Origin: Candidatus Fervidifonticultor secundus
Lineage (GTDB): Bacteria; Sysuimicrobiota; Sysuimicrobiia; Sysuimicrobiales; Humicultoraceae
Direction of reading: 5' to 3'
Assembly: GCA_031459385.1 (NCBI GenBank)
Contig: JAVKIP010000015.1
Location: 13,490-77,489, forward strand
DNA length: 64,000 bases
In this document: piece by piece, positions 1 through 8,489 of the stretch
Layout: each line of letters opens with the position of its first letter
Position numbering within the stretch: position 1 is the first letter of the stretch
Translations under genes and position numbers: made by a program
The notes under the pieces: model-generated
Told to the model about the DNA's origin: nothing
Database searches by the model: none
Seen by the model: only the letters and a program-made list of their open reading frames with translations

Positions 1-1
1 G

Positions 2-1012
2 GTGAGTGGCGCGAGGACGATTAGCACCCGGGGGCTGACGGAGGGCGCGATCCTGGCCGCCCTCGTAGCTCTCTTTGCGGTTGCGACCCGGTATCTCCCC
101 CTCGTCGGCGTCGCCACGGCCCTGCTGTGCCCGCTGCCCCTGGCGGTGCTCGTGATCCGACACGGGGTGCGCGTCGCGGTGATCGCTGGCGCTGTCAGCG
201 GGCTGGTGGGCGCCACACTGGCCGGCCCGCTGGTGGGCATGGCGATTCTGATCTCCTTTGCGCCGATGGGGCTGGTGATCGGCGTCGGCGCACAGCGCGG
301 GTGGCCGGCGGCGCGGGTGGTGGCCGCGGGCTCCCTGGTCTCCGCGCTGTCCACGGCGCTCAGTTTCCTCGGGCTGCTGGGCGGCGGGCGGGTGAGCCCC
401 GTGGCCATGGCCGAAGAGATGCAGCGCACGATGGAGCGCAGCGCCGCCATGGCCACCGGCCTGTACGCGCGCCTGGGCGTTCCACAGGAGCAGCTGGAGA
501 CCGTCACCCGGCAGATGACCGAGGCCGCGCGGTTTCTCCCCTACCTGCTCCCGGCGTCGCTGGTGCTCGGGGCGGTGCTCGCCGCCTGGCTGAACTACGA
601 AGTGGCGCGGCGTGTCCTGGGACGGTTCGGGTTCCGCCTGCGGCCGCTCCCACCGGCCCGGCAGTGGCGGCTGCCCGCCTGGACGGTCTGGTTTCCCGTG
701 CTGGGCTTCGCGCTGAGCGCCGCCGGGCCGCGCGTCGCCGGCGTCCAGCTCGGAGGCGTGGGGCTGTCGGTGCTGTTTGCGTCGATGATCGCATTCATGT
801 TCCAGGGACTCCTGGCCGCCTGGGTGATCCTCGGCAACCTGGAGTTTTCGCCACGGGAGCGATGGGTGGCCGTCGCGCTGGCGTTCATGCTCTCGACGGC
901 CCTGCCGTTCCTCAACCTCGTGCTGTTCTACCTGGGGATCGCCGACAGCGTGGTGAAGGTGCGGGACCGGTGGGGGCTGCCGCGCGAAGAGCGGACGAAG
1001 GTGCGGTCATGA
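2..1012 (+). CDS. yybS: YybS/DUF2232 family membrane protein
   Basis: Multi-TM hydrophobic ORF beginning 'TRGLTEGAILAAL', with a soluble mid-loop. Lies directly upstream of rplI (ATGA overlap), the classic yybS position. Confidence 0.8.
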   Translation: MSGARTISTRGLTEGAILAALVALFAVATRYLPLVGVATALLCPLPLAVLVIRHGVRVAVIAGAVSGLVGATLAGPLVGMAILISFAPMGLVIGVGAQRGWPAARVVAAGSLVSALSTALSFLGLLGGGRVSPVAMAEEMQRTMERSAAMATGLYARLGVPQEQLETVTRQMTEAARFLPYLLPASLVLGAVLAAWLNYEVARRVLGRFGFRLRPLPPARQWRLPAWTVWFPVLGFALSAAGPRVAGVQLGGVGLSVLFASMIAFMFQGLLAAWVILGNLEFSPRERWVAVALAFMLSTALPFLNLVLFYLGIADSVVKVRDRWGLPREERTKVRS

Positions 1013-1455
1013 AGGTCGTGCTCTTGAAGGACGTCCCGGGGACGGGCAAGGCGGGCGCCGTCGTCGAGGTCAAGGAAGGACACGCCCGCAACTACCTGCT
1101 GCCCCGCGGTCTGGCCGTCGAGGCCACCGAGGGCGCGCTGCGCCAGGTGCAGCACCAGCGGCGCGCGGCCCAGCAGCGCCTTGAGCGCGAGCGCCAGGAG
1201 ATCGCCGAGCAGAAGCGCCGGCTGGAGGTGCTGGTGCTGGAGATCCGCGCCCGGGCCGGGGAGCGTGGGCGGCTCTTCGGGGCCGTGACGTCACAGCAGA
1301 TCGCCGAGGCTCTGAGCGCTCGGGGATTCTCCGTGACGCGCAAACAGGTCGAGCTAGAGGATCCCATCCGGGTCGAGGGGTTCTACAAGGTGCCGGTCCG
1401 CCTCGGTCCCGGGCTCGTAGCCCAGGTAGACGTGAACGTAGTCGGCAGCCGCTGA
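1009..1455 (+). CDS. rplI: 50S ribosomal protein L9
   Basis: MKVVLLKDVPGTGKAGAVVEVKEGHARNYLLPRGLA and GRLFGAVT signatures. ATG at 1009. Confidence 0.98.
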   Translation: MKVVLLKDVPGTGKAGAVVEVKEGHARNYLLPRGLAVEATEGALRQVQHQRRAAQQRLERERQEIAEQKRRLEVLVLEIRARAGERGRLFGAVTSQQIAEALSARGFSVTRKQVELEDPIRVEGFYKVPVRLGPGLVAQVDVNVVGSR

Positions 1456-1596
1456 CAGGGGACATCCCCAGGTTCTCCACCGTGGGGCCACAGGTTTGGT
1501 CCCCGAACATCCGGCATTACCGACACGACATCCCCAAGGGATTCCACAGGTGCGCGCCCAATCGTTCGGGCCGTGAACCCGTCCGCCGCAGCCCTC

Positions 1597-1624
1597 TTGA
1601 CGTACCGTACATTTGTTCGATAAT
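1597..1624 (+). promoter_or_regulatory. Sigma70-type promoter for dnaB
   Basis: TTGACG (1597-1602), 16 bp spacer, GATAAT (1619-1624), about 35 nt upstream of the dnaB ATG. Confidence 0.6.
1606..1619. promoter_or_regulatory. LexA (SOS/Cheo) box, one mismatch
   Basis: CGTACATTTGTTCG versus consensus CGAACNNNNGTTCG. Lies between -35 and -10. Confidence 0.6.
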
Positions 1625-1640
1625 CTGGGGCGTGCGAGAA

Positions 1641-1654
1641 CGAACAGGAGTTCG
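1641..1654. promoter_or_regulatory. LexA (SOS/Cheo) box, perfect
   Basis: CGAACAGGAGTTCG matches CGAAC-N4-GTTCG and overlaps the AGGAG RBS of dnaB. Confidence 0.75.
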
Positions 1655-1657
1655 CTC

Positions 1658-3997
1658 ATGGCAGATGGTCCGCCTGTGGATCGCGTGCCGCCTCAGAACC
1701 TCGAGGCCGAGCAGAGCGTCCTGGGCTCGATGCTGCTGGAGCGCGATGCGATCGCCCGTGTCGTGGAGGTCCTGCGGCCCGACGACTTCTACCGGGACGC
1801 TCACCGCCGCATCTTCGAGACGATCGCCGACCTGTTCGAGCGCGGCGAGCCCGCCGATCTGATCACCGTCACCGACCGGCTCCGGGCCCGGGGTATCCTC
1901 GACGAGGTCGGGGGCGCCTCCTACGTGACTTCGCTGCTGCACGCGGTGCCGACCGCGGCCAACGTCGAGTACTACGCCCGCATCGTCGTCCAGAAAGCGA
2001 TGCTGCGGCAGATGATCCACGCGGGCACGCGCATTGTGGACCTGGGCTACCGCGAAGACCAGGACGTCGAGCTGCTGGTCGACCAGGCGGAGAAGCTCGT
2101 CTTCGGCATCGCTGCCCGCCGTATGGGCCAGGAGTTCGTGCCGCTGCCGGAGATCCTCCGCGAGAGCTTCGACCGCATCGACAAACGGTACCGTGAAAAA
2201 GGGACGATCACCGGCGTGCCCACGGGGTTTGCCGAACTGGACAAGCTCACGTCCGGCCTGCAGCCCGCCGACCTGGTCATCATCGCGGCCCGCCCGTCGA
2301 TGGGCAAGTGCCTCAAGTTCGACGCCGAGGTCGTGGACGCGGCGACGGGTGAGGTGCGCACCATTCAGGAACTGGTGGCGTCGGGCCGCGCGCGCCTGCT
2401 GACGCTCGGCGCCGACCACCGGTTCCGTCCGGCCGAGCCCAGCGTCTTCGTGGACGACGGGATCAAACCGGTGTTCCGGGTGACGACGAGCGGCGGCCGG
2501 TGGGTGGAGACGACGCTCACCCATCCATTCCTGACGCCGCACGGCTGGGAGCCGCTGGCGGCGCTGCAGCCGGGGGCGCTCGTGGCGGTCCCGCGCCGCC
2601 TGCCCGTGTTCGGCCGGGGCGACCTGCCCGACCATGAGGTGAAACTGCTCGCCTACCTGTGCAGCGGGCGGCTGCCGGCGAGCCCCGAGATCGCCGAGGA
2701 CTTCGCCGATGCGGCGGCCGCCGCCGAGGCCATCATCGTGGCGGCCCGCCGGCCGCTCGAGGAACGCGCCATCGGGGGCGGCGCCGAGGGCGGGCTCGCC
2801 ATCGAGGACCTGCGCTGGCGCTACCCGGAGGTCGCGCATCCGTCGGGTGCGCGCGGGATCCCGTCGGTCGTCTTCACCCTGCGGCGCGAGAAGCTCGCCC
2901 TCTTCCTCAACCGGCTGCTGGGGGCCACCGCCGAGGTGAGCGAACATCCCGACGGGTGCCGGGTGACGGCGTCCCTGGCCTCGGGGCGCCTGGCCCGGCA
3001 GGTCCAGCACCTGCTGCTGCGCTTCGGCGCCCCGGCCGCGCTGGAGGGTAGCACGCTGACGCTGGGCGTGGGCGCGACGCTGGCCGTCGTGCGCGAGTGC
3101 GGCATCTTCGGGCGGGGACGGCTGCGCCGGTGGGCGCGGCACGCGCAGCGTTCGCTGCTGGACGACGTGGACGTCATGTGGGAAGAGGTCACGCGCATCG
3201 AGGAGATCGGCGCGTTCCAGGTCTACGACCTCACCGTGCCCGAGACCCACAACTTTGTGGCCAACGACGTCTGCGTGCACAATACGACGTTCGCGTTGAA
3301 CATCGCGCAGCACGCGGCCCTGGAGCACAAGGTCCCGGTGGCGATCTTCAGCCTCGAGACCAACAAGGAGCAACTCGTCCAGCGCATGCTGTGCAGCGAG
3401 GCGCACGTCGACTCGTCCCGGCTGCGTACAGGGTACCTCACCGATGCCGACTGGCCCCGGTTGGCGGCGGCCATGGGGCGGCTGTCGGAGGCGCCGATCT
3501 TCATCGACGACACGGCCAACCTCACGGCGATCGAGATGCGCGCCAAGGCCCGCAAGCTGCGGGCCGAGCACGGCCTGGGGTTGATCATCATCGACTACCT
3601 GCAGATGATCCAGTCGTACAAGCGGGCCGAGAACCGCACCCAGGAGGTCTCGGAGATCGCCCGCGCCATCAAGTCGCTGGCCAAAGAGCTGGATATCCCG
3701 GTGCTGGCCGTGTCGCAGCTGTCGCGCGTCGTGGAGCTGTCGGGGACCCGGCGCCCGCAGCTCTCGCACCTGCGCGAATCAGGCGAGCTCGAGCAGGTCG
3801 CCGACCTGGTGCTGTTCATCTACCGCGAGGACTACTACGACCACGCCAAGGCCCGCGCCGAGGGGAAGGAGCACCTGGCCGAGATTCGGGTGGCCAAGCA
3901 CCGCAACGGCCCGGTGGGTGACATCGAGATGTTCTTCCACAAGGAGTACGGCCGGTTCATGGACCTGGACCGCCGGCACGCGGCGGCGGGCTCGTAG
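1658..3997 (+). CDS. dnaB: Replicative DNA helicase DnaB, intein-containing
   Basis: PPQNLEAEQSVLGSML N-terminus, Walker A AARPSMGK|TT split by an intein, IIIDYLQM, SQLSR, LRESG.LEQ.AD, AKHRNGP. AGGAG RBS. Confidence 0.98.
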   Translation: MADGPPVDRVPPQNLEAEQSVLGSMLLERDAIARVVEVLRPDDFYRDAHRRIFETIADLFERGEPADLITVTDRLRARGILDEVGGASYVTSLLHAVPTAANVEYYARIVVQKAMLRQMIHAGTRIVDLGYREDQDVELLVDQAEKLVFGIAARRMGQEFVPLPEILRESFDRIDKRYREKGTITGVPTGFAELDKLTSGLQPADLVIIAARPSMGKCLKFDAEVVDAATGEVRTIQELVASGRARLLTLGADHRFRPAEPSVFVDDGIKPVFRVTTSGGRWVETTLTHPFLTPHGWEPLAALQPGALVAVPRRLPVFGRGDLPDHEVKLLAYLCSGRLPASPEIAEDFADAAAAAEAIIVAARRPLEERAIGGGAEGGLAIEDLRWRYPEVAHPSGARGIPSVVFTLRREKLALFLNRLLGATAEVSEHPDGCRVTASLASGRLARQVQHLLLRFGAPAALEGSTLTLGVGATLAVVRECGIFGRGRLRRWARHAQRSLLDDVDVMWEEVTRIEEIGAFQVYDLTVPETHNFVANDVCVHNTTFALNIAQHAALEHKVPVAIFSLETNKEQLVQRMLCSEAHVDSSRLRTGYLTDADWPRLAAAMGRLSEAPIFIDDTANLTAIEMRAKARKLRAEHGLGLIIIDYLQMIQSYKRAENRTQEVSEIARAIKSLAKELDIPVLAVSQLSRVVELSGTRRPQLSHLRESGELEQVADLVLFIYREDYYDHAKARAEGKEHLAEIRVAKHRNGPVGDIEMFFHKEYGRFMDLDRRHAAAGS
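2309..3283 (+). mobile_element. Intein (325 aa) in the DnaB P-loop with a degenerate LAGLIDADG endonuclease region
   Basis: Starts CLKFDAEV right after GK. Block B TLTHPFLT, block F VYDLTV..THNFVAND, C-terminal VHN followed by Thr(+1). Confidence 0.95.
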
Positions 3998-4006
3998 CCG
4001 CGTTGC

Positions 4007-4036
4007 TTGCCAGTGGCCGCGGCCCGCGGCTACACT
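4007..4036 (+). promoter_or_regulatory. Sigma70-type promoter for citrate synthase
   Basis: TTGCCA (4007-4012), 18 bp spacer, TACACT (4031-4036). Confidence 0.45.
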
Positions 4037-4095
4037 AGACGGTGCCGGTTCTAGCCACCATAGAGCACGCGCGGGCTCCCGCGCGGGGAGGATGT

Positions 4096-5238
4096 ATGGC
4101 TACGCCACCCGGGAAGGTGCAGGTTGCCGAGGGCCTGGAAGGTGTCGTTGCGGGAACGTCGTCGATCTGCCTGGTGGACGGCGCCAGGGGCCGGTTGCTC
4201 TACCGGGGGTACGACGCCGCTGACCTGGCCGACCGCGCGACCTTCGAGGAAGTGGCGTACCTCCTGTGGCACGGCGACCTCCCGGCCCGGCCAGCGCTCG
4301 ACCAGCTCAGGGCCGACCTGGTGGCCGCCGGCCGGCTGCCGGCCCCGCTGGTCCAGATGCTGCGGCTGGTGCCGGCCGGGGCGCACCCCATGGCGGTGCT
4401 GCGCACCGCTGTCTCGGCCCTCGCCCACTTCGACCCCGATGCCCAGGACAACTCCCCTGCGGCCAACCTCCGGAAGGCGGTCCGGCTGACCGCGCAGGTG
4501 GCCGCCGTGGTCGCAGGGTTCCAGCGGCTGCGCACCGGGGCCGAGCCCCTGACGCCCCTGCCGACGCTCGGGCACGCCGCCAACTTCCTGTACCTGCTCC
4601 ACGGCACCCTGCCCGATGCCGAGGTGGCCCGGGCGCTGGACGTGGTCCTGATCCTCCACGCCGATCACGAGTTCAACGCCAGCGCCTTCGCGGCGCGCGT
4701 GACCGCCGCGACCCTTTCCGACCTGCACTCCGCCGTGGTTTCGGCGATCGGCACCCTGAAGGGCCCCCTGCACGGGGGTGCCAACGAGGAGGTCATGCGG
4801 CTGCTGGAGCAGATCGGGACCGTCGACCGGGTGGAACCGGTCATCGCCGAGATGCTGGAAGCCAGGAAAAAGGTGCCTGGCTTCGGGCACCGGGTCTACC
4901 GCACCGAGGATCCGCGGGCGAGGATCCTGCGGCCGCTGTCGCAGCGGCTAGGCGAGCGGGCCGGCGACCCGCGCTGGTACGAGCTCACCAGGCGGGTCGA
5001 GGAGGTCACGACCGCGGCCCGCAAGATTCACGCCAACGTCGATCTCTATTCGGCCTCGGTCTACCGCGCCATGGGTATCCCCATGGACCTCTACACAGCC
5101 GTCTTCGCCGTGAGCCGCATCGCCGGCTGGACCGCGCACGTGATGGAGCAGTACGCCGACAACCGGCTGATCCGGCCGGTGTCCGAGTACGTGGGGCCGC
5201 TCGACCGGGCCTTCGTGCCCCTCGAGCAGCGGCGGTAG
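4096..5238 (+). CDS. Citrate synthase / 2-methylcitrate synthase (short dimeric type)
   Basis: GLEGVVA, LLYRGY, DHEFNAS, GPLHGGANE, GFGHRVY, NVD, SRIAGWTAH, LIRP motifs. GGAGG RBS. Confidence 0.95.
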   Translation: MATPPGKVQVAEGLEGVVAGTSSICLVDGARGRLLYRGYDAADLADRATFEEVAYLLWHGDLPARPALDQLRADLVAAGRLPAPLVQMLRLVPAGAHPMAVLRTAVSALAHFDPDAQDNSPAANLRKAVRLTAQVAAVVAGFQRLRTGAEPLTPLPTLGHAANFLYLLHGTLPDAEVARALDVVLILHADHEFNASAFAARVTAATLSDLHSAVVSAIGTLKGPLHGGANEEVMRLLEQIGTVDRVEPVIAEMLEARKKVPGFGHRVYRTEDPRARILRPLSQRLGERAGDPRWYELTRRVEEVTTAARKIHANVDLYSASVYRAMGIPMDLYTAVFAVSRIAGWTAHVMEQYADNRLIRPVSEYVGPLDRAFVPLEQRR

Positions 5239-5295
5239 GGGAAGCGCGGCCCCACGCGCGGATCTGCCGTCGAGGCTGCGGCCGTGCCTGCCCCC

Positions 5296-6099
5296 TCAGG
5301 TGCGGCGGGCTTCCAGGTCCGCCAGGAACTCCCGCACGGCCGCGGTGAAGGCCTCCGGCCGCTCCAGGTTGGCCAGGTGGCCGGCACCGGGGACGACGAC
5401 CAGACGCGCCCCCGGGATGGCCGCGGCCATCGCGCGCGCCGCATCGGGCGGAGTCACGGTATCCTCCTCCCCCACGACAACGAGCACGGGCACGGCCAGA
5501 CCCGATAGCAGCGGCCGGCTATCCGGGCGGGCGGCGATCGCCGCCAGCGCCACCGTCAGGCCCCGGGGATGCGCGGCGCACGCCATGCTGTGCACGGCCT
5601 CCAGCACGTCGGTCCGGTGCGCCCGGGTGGTGGGCCCGACGAGCGCCGCGGTGAAGTCGGCCAGGAACCCCTCGGGGCCCTCGCGCTCGATGCGCGCGAT
5701 GCCGTCGAAGCGCCGCCGCCGGCCTTCCTCGGTGTCGGGGTCGGCGCGCGTGTCCGCGAGGATCACGGCGTCGACGCGCCCGGCAGCCTTCGCCAGCACG
5801 CGGAACACGACATAGCCGCCCATGGACAGGCCCCCCAGGACGAACCGGGAGAGCCCCAGGGCGTCGGTGACCCGCAGGACGTCGTCGGCGTAGTCCTCGA
5901 GCGTCATCGCTCCGGTCGGCGGATCGGAGGCGCCGAAGCCACGGAAGTCGGGCGCGACGACCTGCCAGCGCTCGCTCAGACCTTCGCCCTGAGGGCGCCA
6001 CATGGCGCCGCTGAGGGGGAATCCGTGGAGCAGCACCACCGGGCGCCCCCTCCCCCACGTCTGGTAGTGGACGCGCACCCCGTTCGCTGTGAGGTACAT
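5296..6099 (-). CDS. Alpha/beta fold hydrolase (PcaD/MenH-like)
   Basis: LLHGFP, PDFRGFG, nucleophile motif GLSMGG, VGEED, GAGHL. A TATAAT-type -10 lies upstream (forward ATTATA, 6135-6140). Confidence 0.92.
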   Translation of the reverse strand: MYLTANGVRVHYQTWGRGRPVVLLHGFPLSGAMWRPQGEGLSERWQVVAPDFRGFGASDPPTGAMTLEDYADDVLRVTDALGLSRFVLGGLSMGGYVVFRVLAKAAGRVDAVILADTRADPDTEEGRRRRFDGIARIEREGPEGFLADFTAALVGPTTRAHRTDVLEAVHSMACAAHPRGLTVALAAIAARPDSRPLLSGLAVPVLVVVGEEDTVTPPDAARAMAAAIPGARLVVVPGAGHLANLERPEAFTAAVREFLADLEARRT

Positions 6100-6277
6100 G
6101 ACACCTCCCCCTGGCCCGGTGCCCGCAGGGCCTCATTATATCCCGCTGGCACCGCGGCTGGCGCCCGTGAGCGCCCGGCGCGCCCCAGTTGCCGCGCGAT
6201 GCGGGCCGCAGGGCCCGCGATCGGTCATGGTAGGGAGCGCCGGATACGGCAGCGGCACGGTGAGCCGGAGGTGCAAC

Positions 6278-6955
6278 ATGACGCAAGCGGCGCAGCTGGT
6301 CGAGGCCTACCTGCCTCTGGTGGGCGCCATCGCGCGCACGGTCGCGCGGCGGCTGCCTTCGACCGTCGACCACGGCGACCTGGTCAGCGATGGTGCGGTG
6401 GGGTTGCTGGAGGCGGTGCGCCGGTACGACCCCGCGCGGGGCGTGGGGTTCGGTGCGTACGCCGGCTACCGGATCAGGGGCGCGATCTACGACGGGTTGC
6501 GCGCCCGCGATCCACTGTCCCGGGCGGCACGCCGCGCGGCCAGGGCTGCCGGTGGAGTGGCACCCCTGCAGTTCGTCGATCTCGAGCAGGCCGTGACGGT
6601 TCCTGACGACGCTGACGGTCCGGAGGCCCTGGTGCTGGAAGTCGACCTGCGGGCGCAGGTGCGGCGCGGCCTGCTGGCGTTGCCGCCGCGCGACCGCGAA
6701 GTCCTGATGTTGCGGTTCGTGCGGGGGCTCTCGGTCAGGCGCACCGCAGCGCAGCTGGAGCTCTCGGTCACCCGCGTGGTGGAGATCCAGCGGCGTGCCC
6801 AACAGCGGCTCAGGCGGCTGGTGGAGGGGGAGCCGTCGCGTCCGTGGCCCGCGCCGTCCCGCCGGCAGGAGGTGCGCCCGCGCATCCCGAAAAGGAGGCC
6901 TGCCGCGTTGGAGGTCTCGTCTGCCGCTGCGGTGGCCTGTGCCGCAGCGAGGTGA
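6278..6955 (+). CDS. Sigma-70 family RNA polymerase sigma factor (FliA/WhiG-like, region 3 largely absent)
   Basis: Region 2 LPLV..IA..V..RLP..V...DLVSDG..GLLEA..RYDP..G..F..YA.YRIRGAI.D.LR. Region 4 LPPRDREVL.LRF..GLS....A..L.LS..RV..I. GGAGGTG RBS. Confidence 0.88.
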   Translation: MTQAAQLVEAYLPLVGAIARTVARRLPSTVDHGDLVSDGAVGLLEAVRRYDPARGVGFGAYAGYRIRGAIYDGLRARDPLSRAARRAARAAGGVAPLQFVDLEQAVTVPDDADGPEALVLEVDLRAQVRRGLLALPPRDREVLMLRFVRGLSVRRTAAQLELSVTRVVEIQRRAQQRLRRLVEGEPSRPWPAPSRRQEVRPRIPKRRPAALEVSSAAAVACAAAR

Positions 6956-7024
6956 GCCGGCGCGGCCCCCCGTCCGTTCCGCCGACTCTTCCGGCTGGCC
7001 GCGTCTGGCCGAGCGTGGAGATCT

Positions 7025-7666
7025 ATGGGGCGCGATCGGCGCTGGCGGTGGGCAACGCGCGCGGTGCGCGGGTTCCCGCACTGGCAGGCGGGCGCGCAGG
7101 TCCATGCCCTGGCCAACGTGCTGGCGGCGACCGGGATGCTGGCACGACGCCGCCCCGAGGCGGCAGAGGACCTGCTGGCGCACCTCGCTGCGTACCTGCG
7201 CGGGCTGCTGCGCCCCGCGCGTTCGGTGGCGCCGCTCGCCGAGGAACTGCGGCTCGTCCTCGCCCTGGTCGGGGTCGAGCGGGCCCGCCTGGGAGGGCGC
7301 CTCAGGCTCGAGGTGAGCTGCCATCCCGAGGCGCTGACGGTACTGGTGCCGCCGCTCGTGCTCCACCCGCTGGTCGAGAACGCCATCCAGCATGCCGTAG
7401 CCCGACGCGCAGAAGGCAGCCACGTCTGCATACGCGTGCGGCTGGTCTCAGGGCGGCTGGTGCTGGCGGTGGCCGACGACGGCCCCGGCATCCAGCGGCC
7501 GCTGCCCGCCCACGCTGGCGGTGGGCTCGTAGCGCTCCGCTGCCGGCTGGCGGCGCTGTGGGGCCGGCAGGCCAGGGTGCGGGTGCTGCGCCGGCGGTGT
7601 GGGGGCACGCTGGCCGTGGCCATCCTGCCGGCCGTCGGTCCGCGTCTGGCCGGACCGGGAGGATGA
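7025..7666 (+). CDS. LytS-type histidine kinase core with no sensor domain
   Basis: QVHALANVL (compare PHFLFNTL), PLAEEL..V, E.ARLGGRL, VPPLVLHPLVENAIQH, DDGPG, GGGL. Confidence 0.8.
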   Translation: MGRDRRWRWATRAVRGFPHWQAGAQVHALANVLAATGMLARRRPEAAEDLLAHLAAYLRGLLRPARSVAPLAEELRLVLALVGVERARLGGRLRLEVSCHPEALTVLVPPLVLHPLVENAIQHAVARRAEGSHVCIRVRLVSGRLVLAVADDGPGIQRPLPAHAGGGLVALRCRLAALWGRQARVRVLRRRCGGTLAVAILPAVGPRLAGPGG

Positions 7667-7667
7667 G

Positions 7668-8489
7668 GTGACGCGGATCCTGCGCGCGCTGGTGGCCGAT
7701 GACGAAGCGCCGGCCCGCGCGCACCTGCGCGAGCTGCTGGACGAGAGCGGTGTACGCGTCGTGGCCGAATGCGCCTCCGGCCGGCAGGTGCTGGCCGCGC
7801 TGGAAGCAGCGCGGCCCGATCTGGTGTGCCTGGACGTGCGCATGCCTGATCTGGACGGGGTCGAGGTGGCGCGGCACCTTGGGCCCGCGCGCCGGCCGGT
7901 GGTCGTCTTCACCACCGGCTTCGCCGACTACGCGGCTGCCGCATATGACCTCGACGCGGCGGACTACCTGCTGAAGCCGCTGTCGGCAGCACGGGTGCGC
8001 GAGGCCGTCCGCCGCGTGCACGCGCGGCTGCGGAGCGCGGAGGCGGGGCCGGCGGCGCCGGGCGTCGTTCCGCGGCTGTTCCTCGCCGTGGGGGACCACC
8101 GGCTGGCGGTGCCACCGGCGTCGATCGCGTACGTCGAGGCCCGCGGGACGGCCTGCGTCGTCTACGGCGACGCGGGAACCGTGACGGTGCGCGCGCCGCT
8201 GGCCCGCTTCGAACAGGCGCTATGCGCCCACGGGTTCCTGCGAACCCATCGGGCGTACCTGGTGAACCTGTGCCGCGTCCGTGCCCTCGTGCCGTGGTCG
8301 CGCCATGTGCATACGCTGCTCCTCGACGGCCCGCAGGAGACCCACGTGCCGGTCGCCAAGTCACGACTCGCCGCGTTTCGGCGCAGCGTGATCTGGATGG
8401 CGGCGGGAGGAGCACATGGAGTTGGGGCTGCAGGGGCGCGTGGCGGTCGTGGCCGGGGGGAGCCGGGGACTCGGCCGCGCGATCGCTGA
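7668..8489 (+). CDS. LytTR family DNA-binding response regulator
   Basis: VADDEAPAR, DLVCLDVRMPDLDG, VFTT, DYLLKP, and LytTR motif FLRTHRAYLVNL. GTG start after GGAGG. Confidence 0.93.
   Translation: MTRILRALVADDEAPARAHLRELLDESGVRVVAECASGRQVLAALEAARPDLVCLDVRMPDLDGVEVARHLGPARRPVVVFTTGFADYAAAAYDLDAADYLLKPLSAARVREAVRRVHARLRSAEAGPAAPGVVPRLFLAVGDHRLAVPPASIAYVEARGTACVVYGDAGTVTVRAPLARFEQALCAHGFLRTHRAYLVNLCRVRALVPWSRHVHTLLLDGPQETHVPVAKSRLAAFRRSVIWMAAGGAHGVGAAGARGGRGRGEPGTRPRDR

Noticed and set aside
6953..6955. Selenocysteine recoding of the sigma factor TGA
   Set aside because: No Cys-homologous position or redox motif, and no convincing SECIS-like hairpin.
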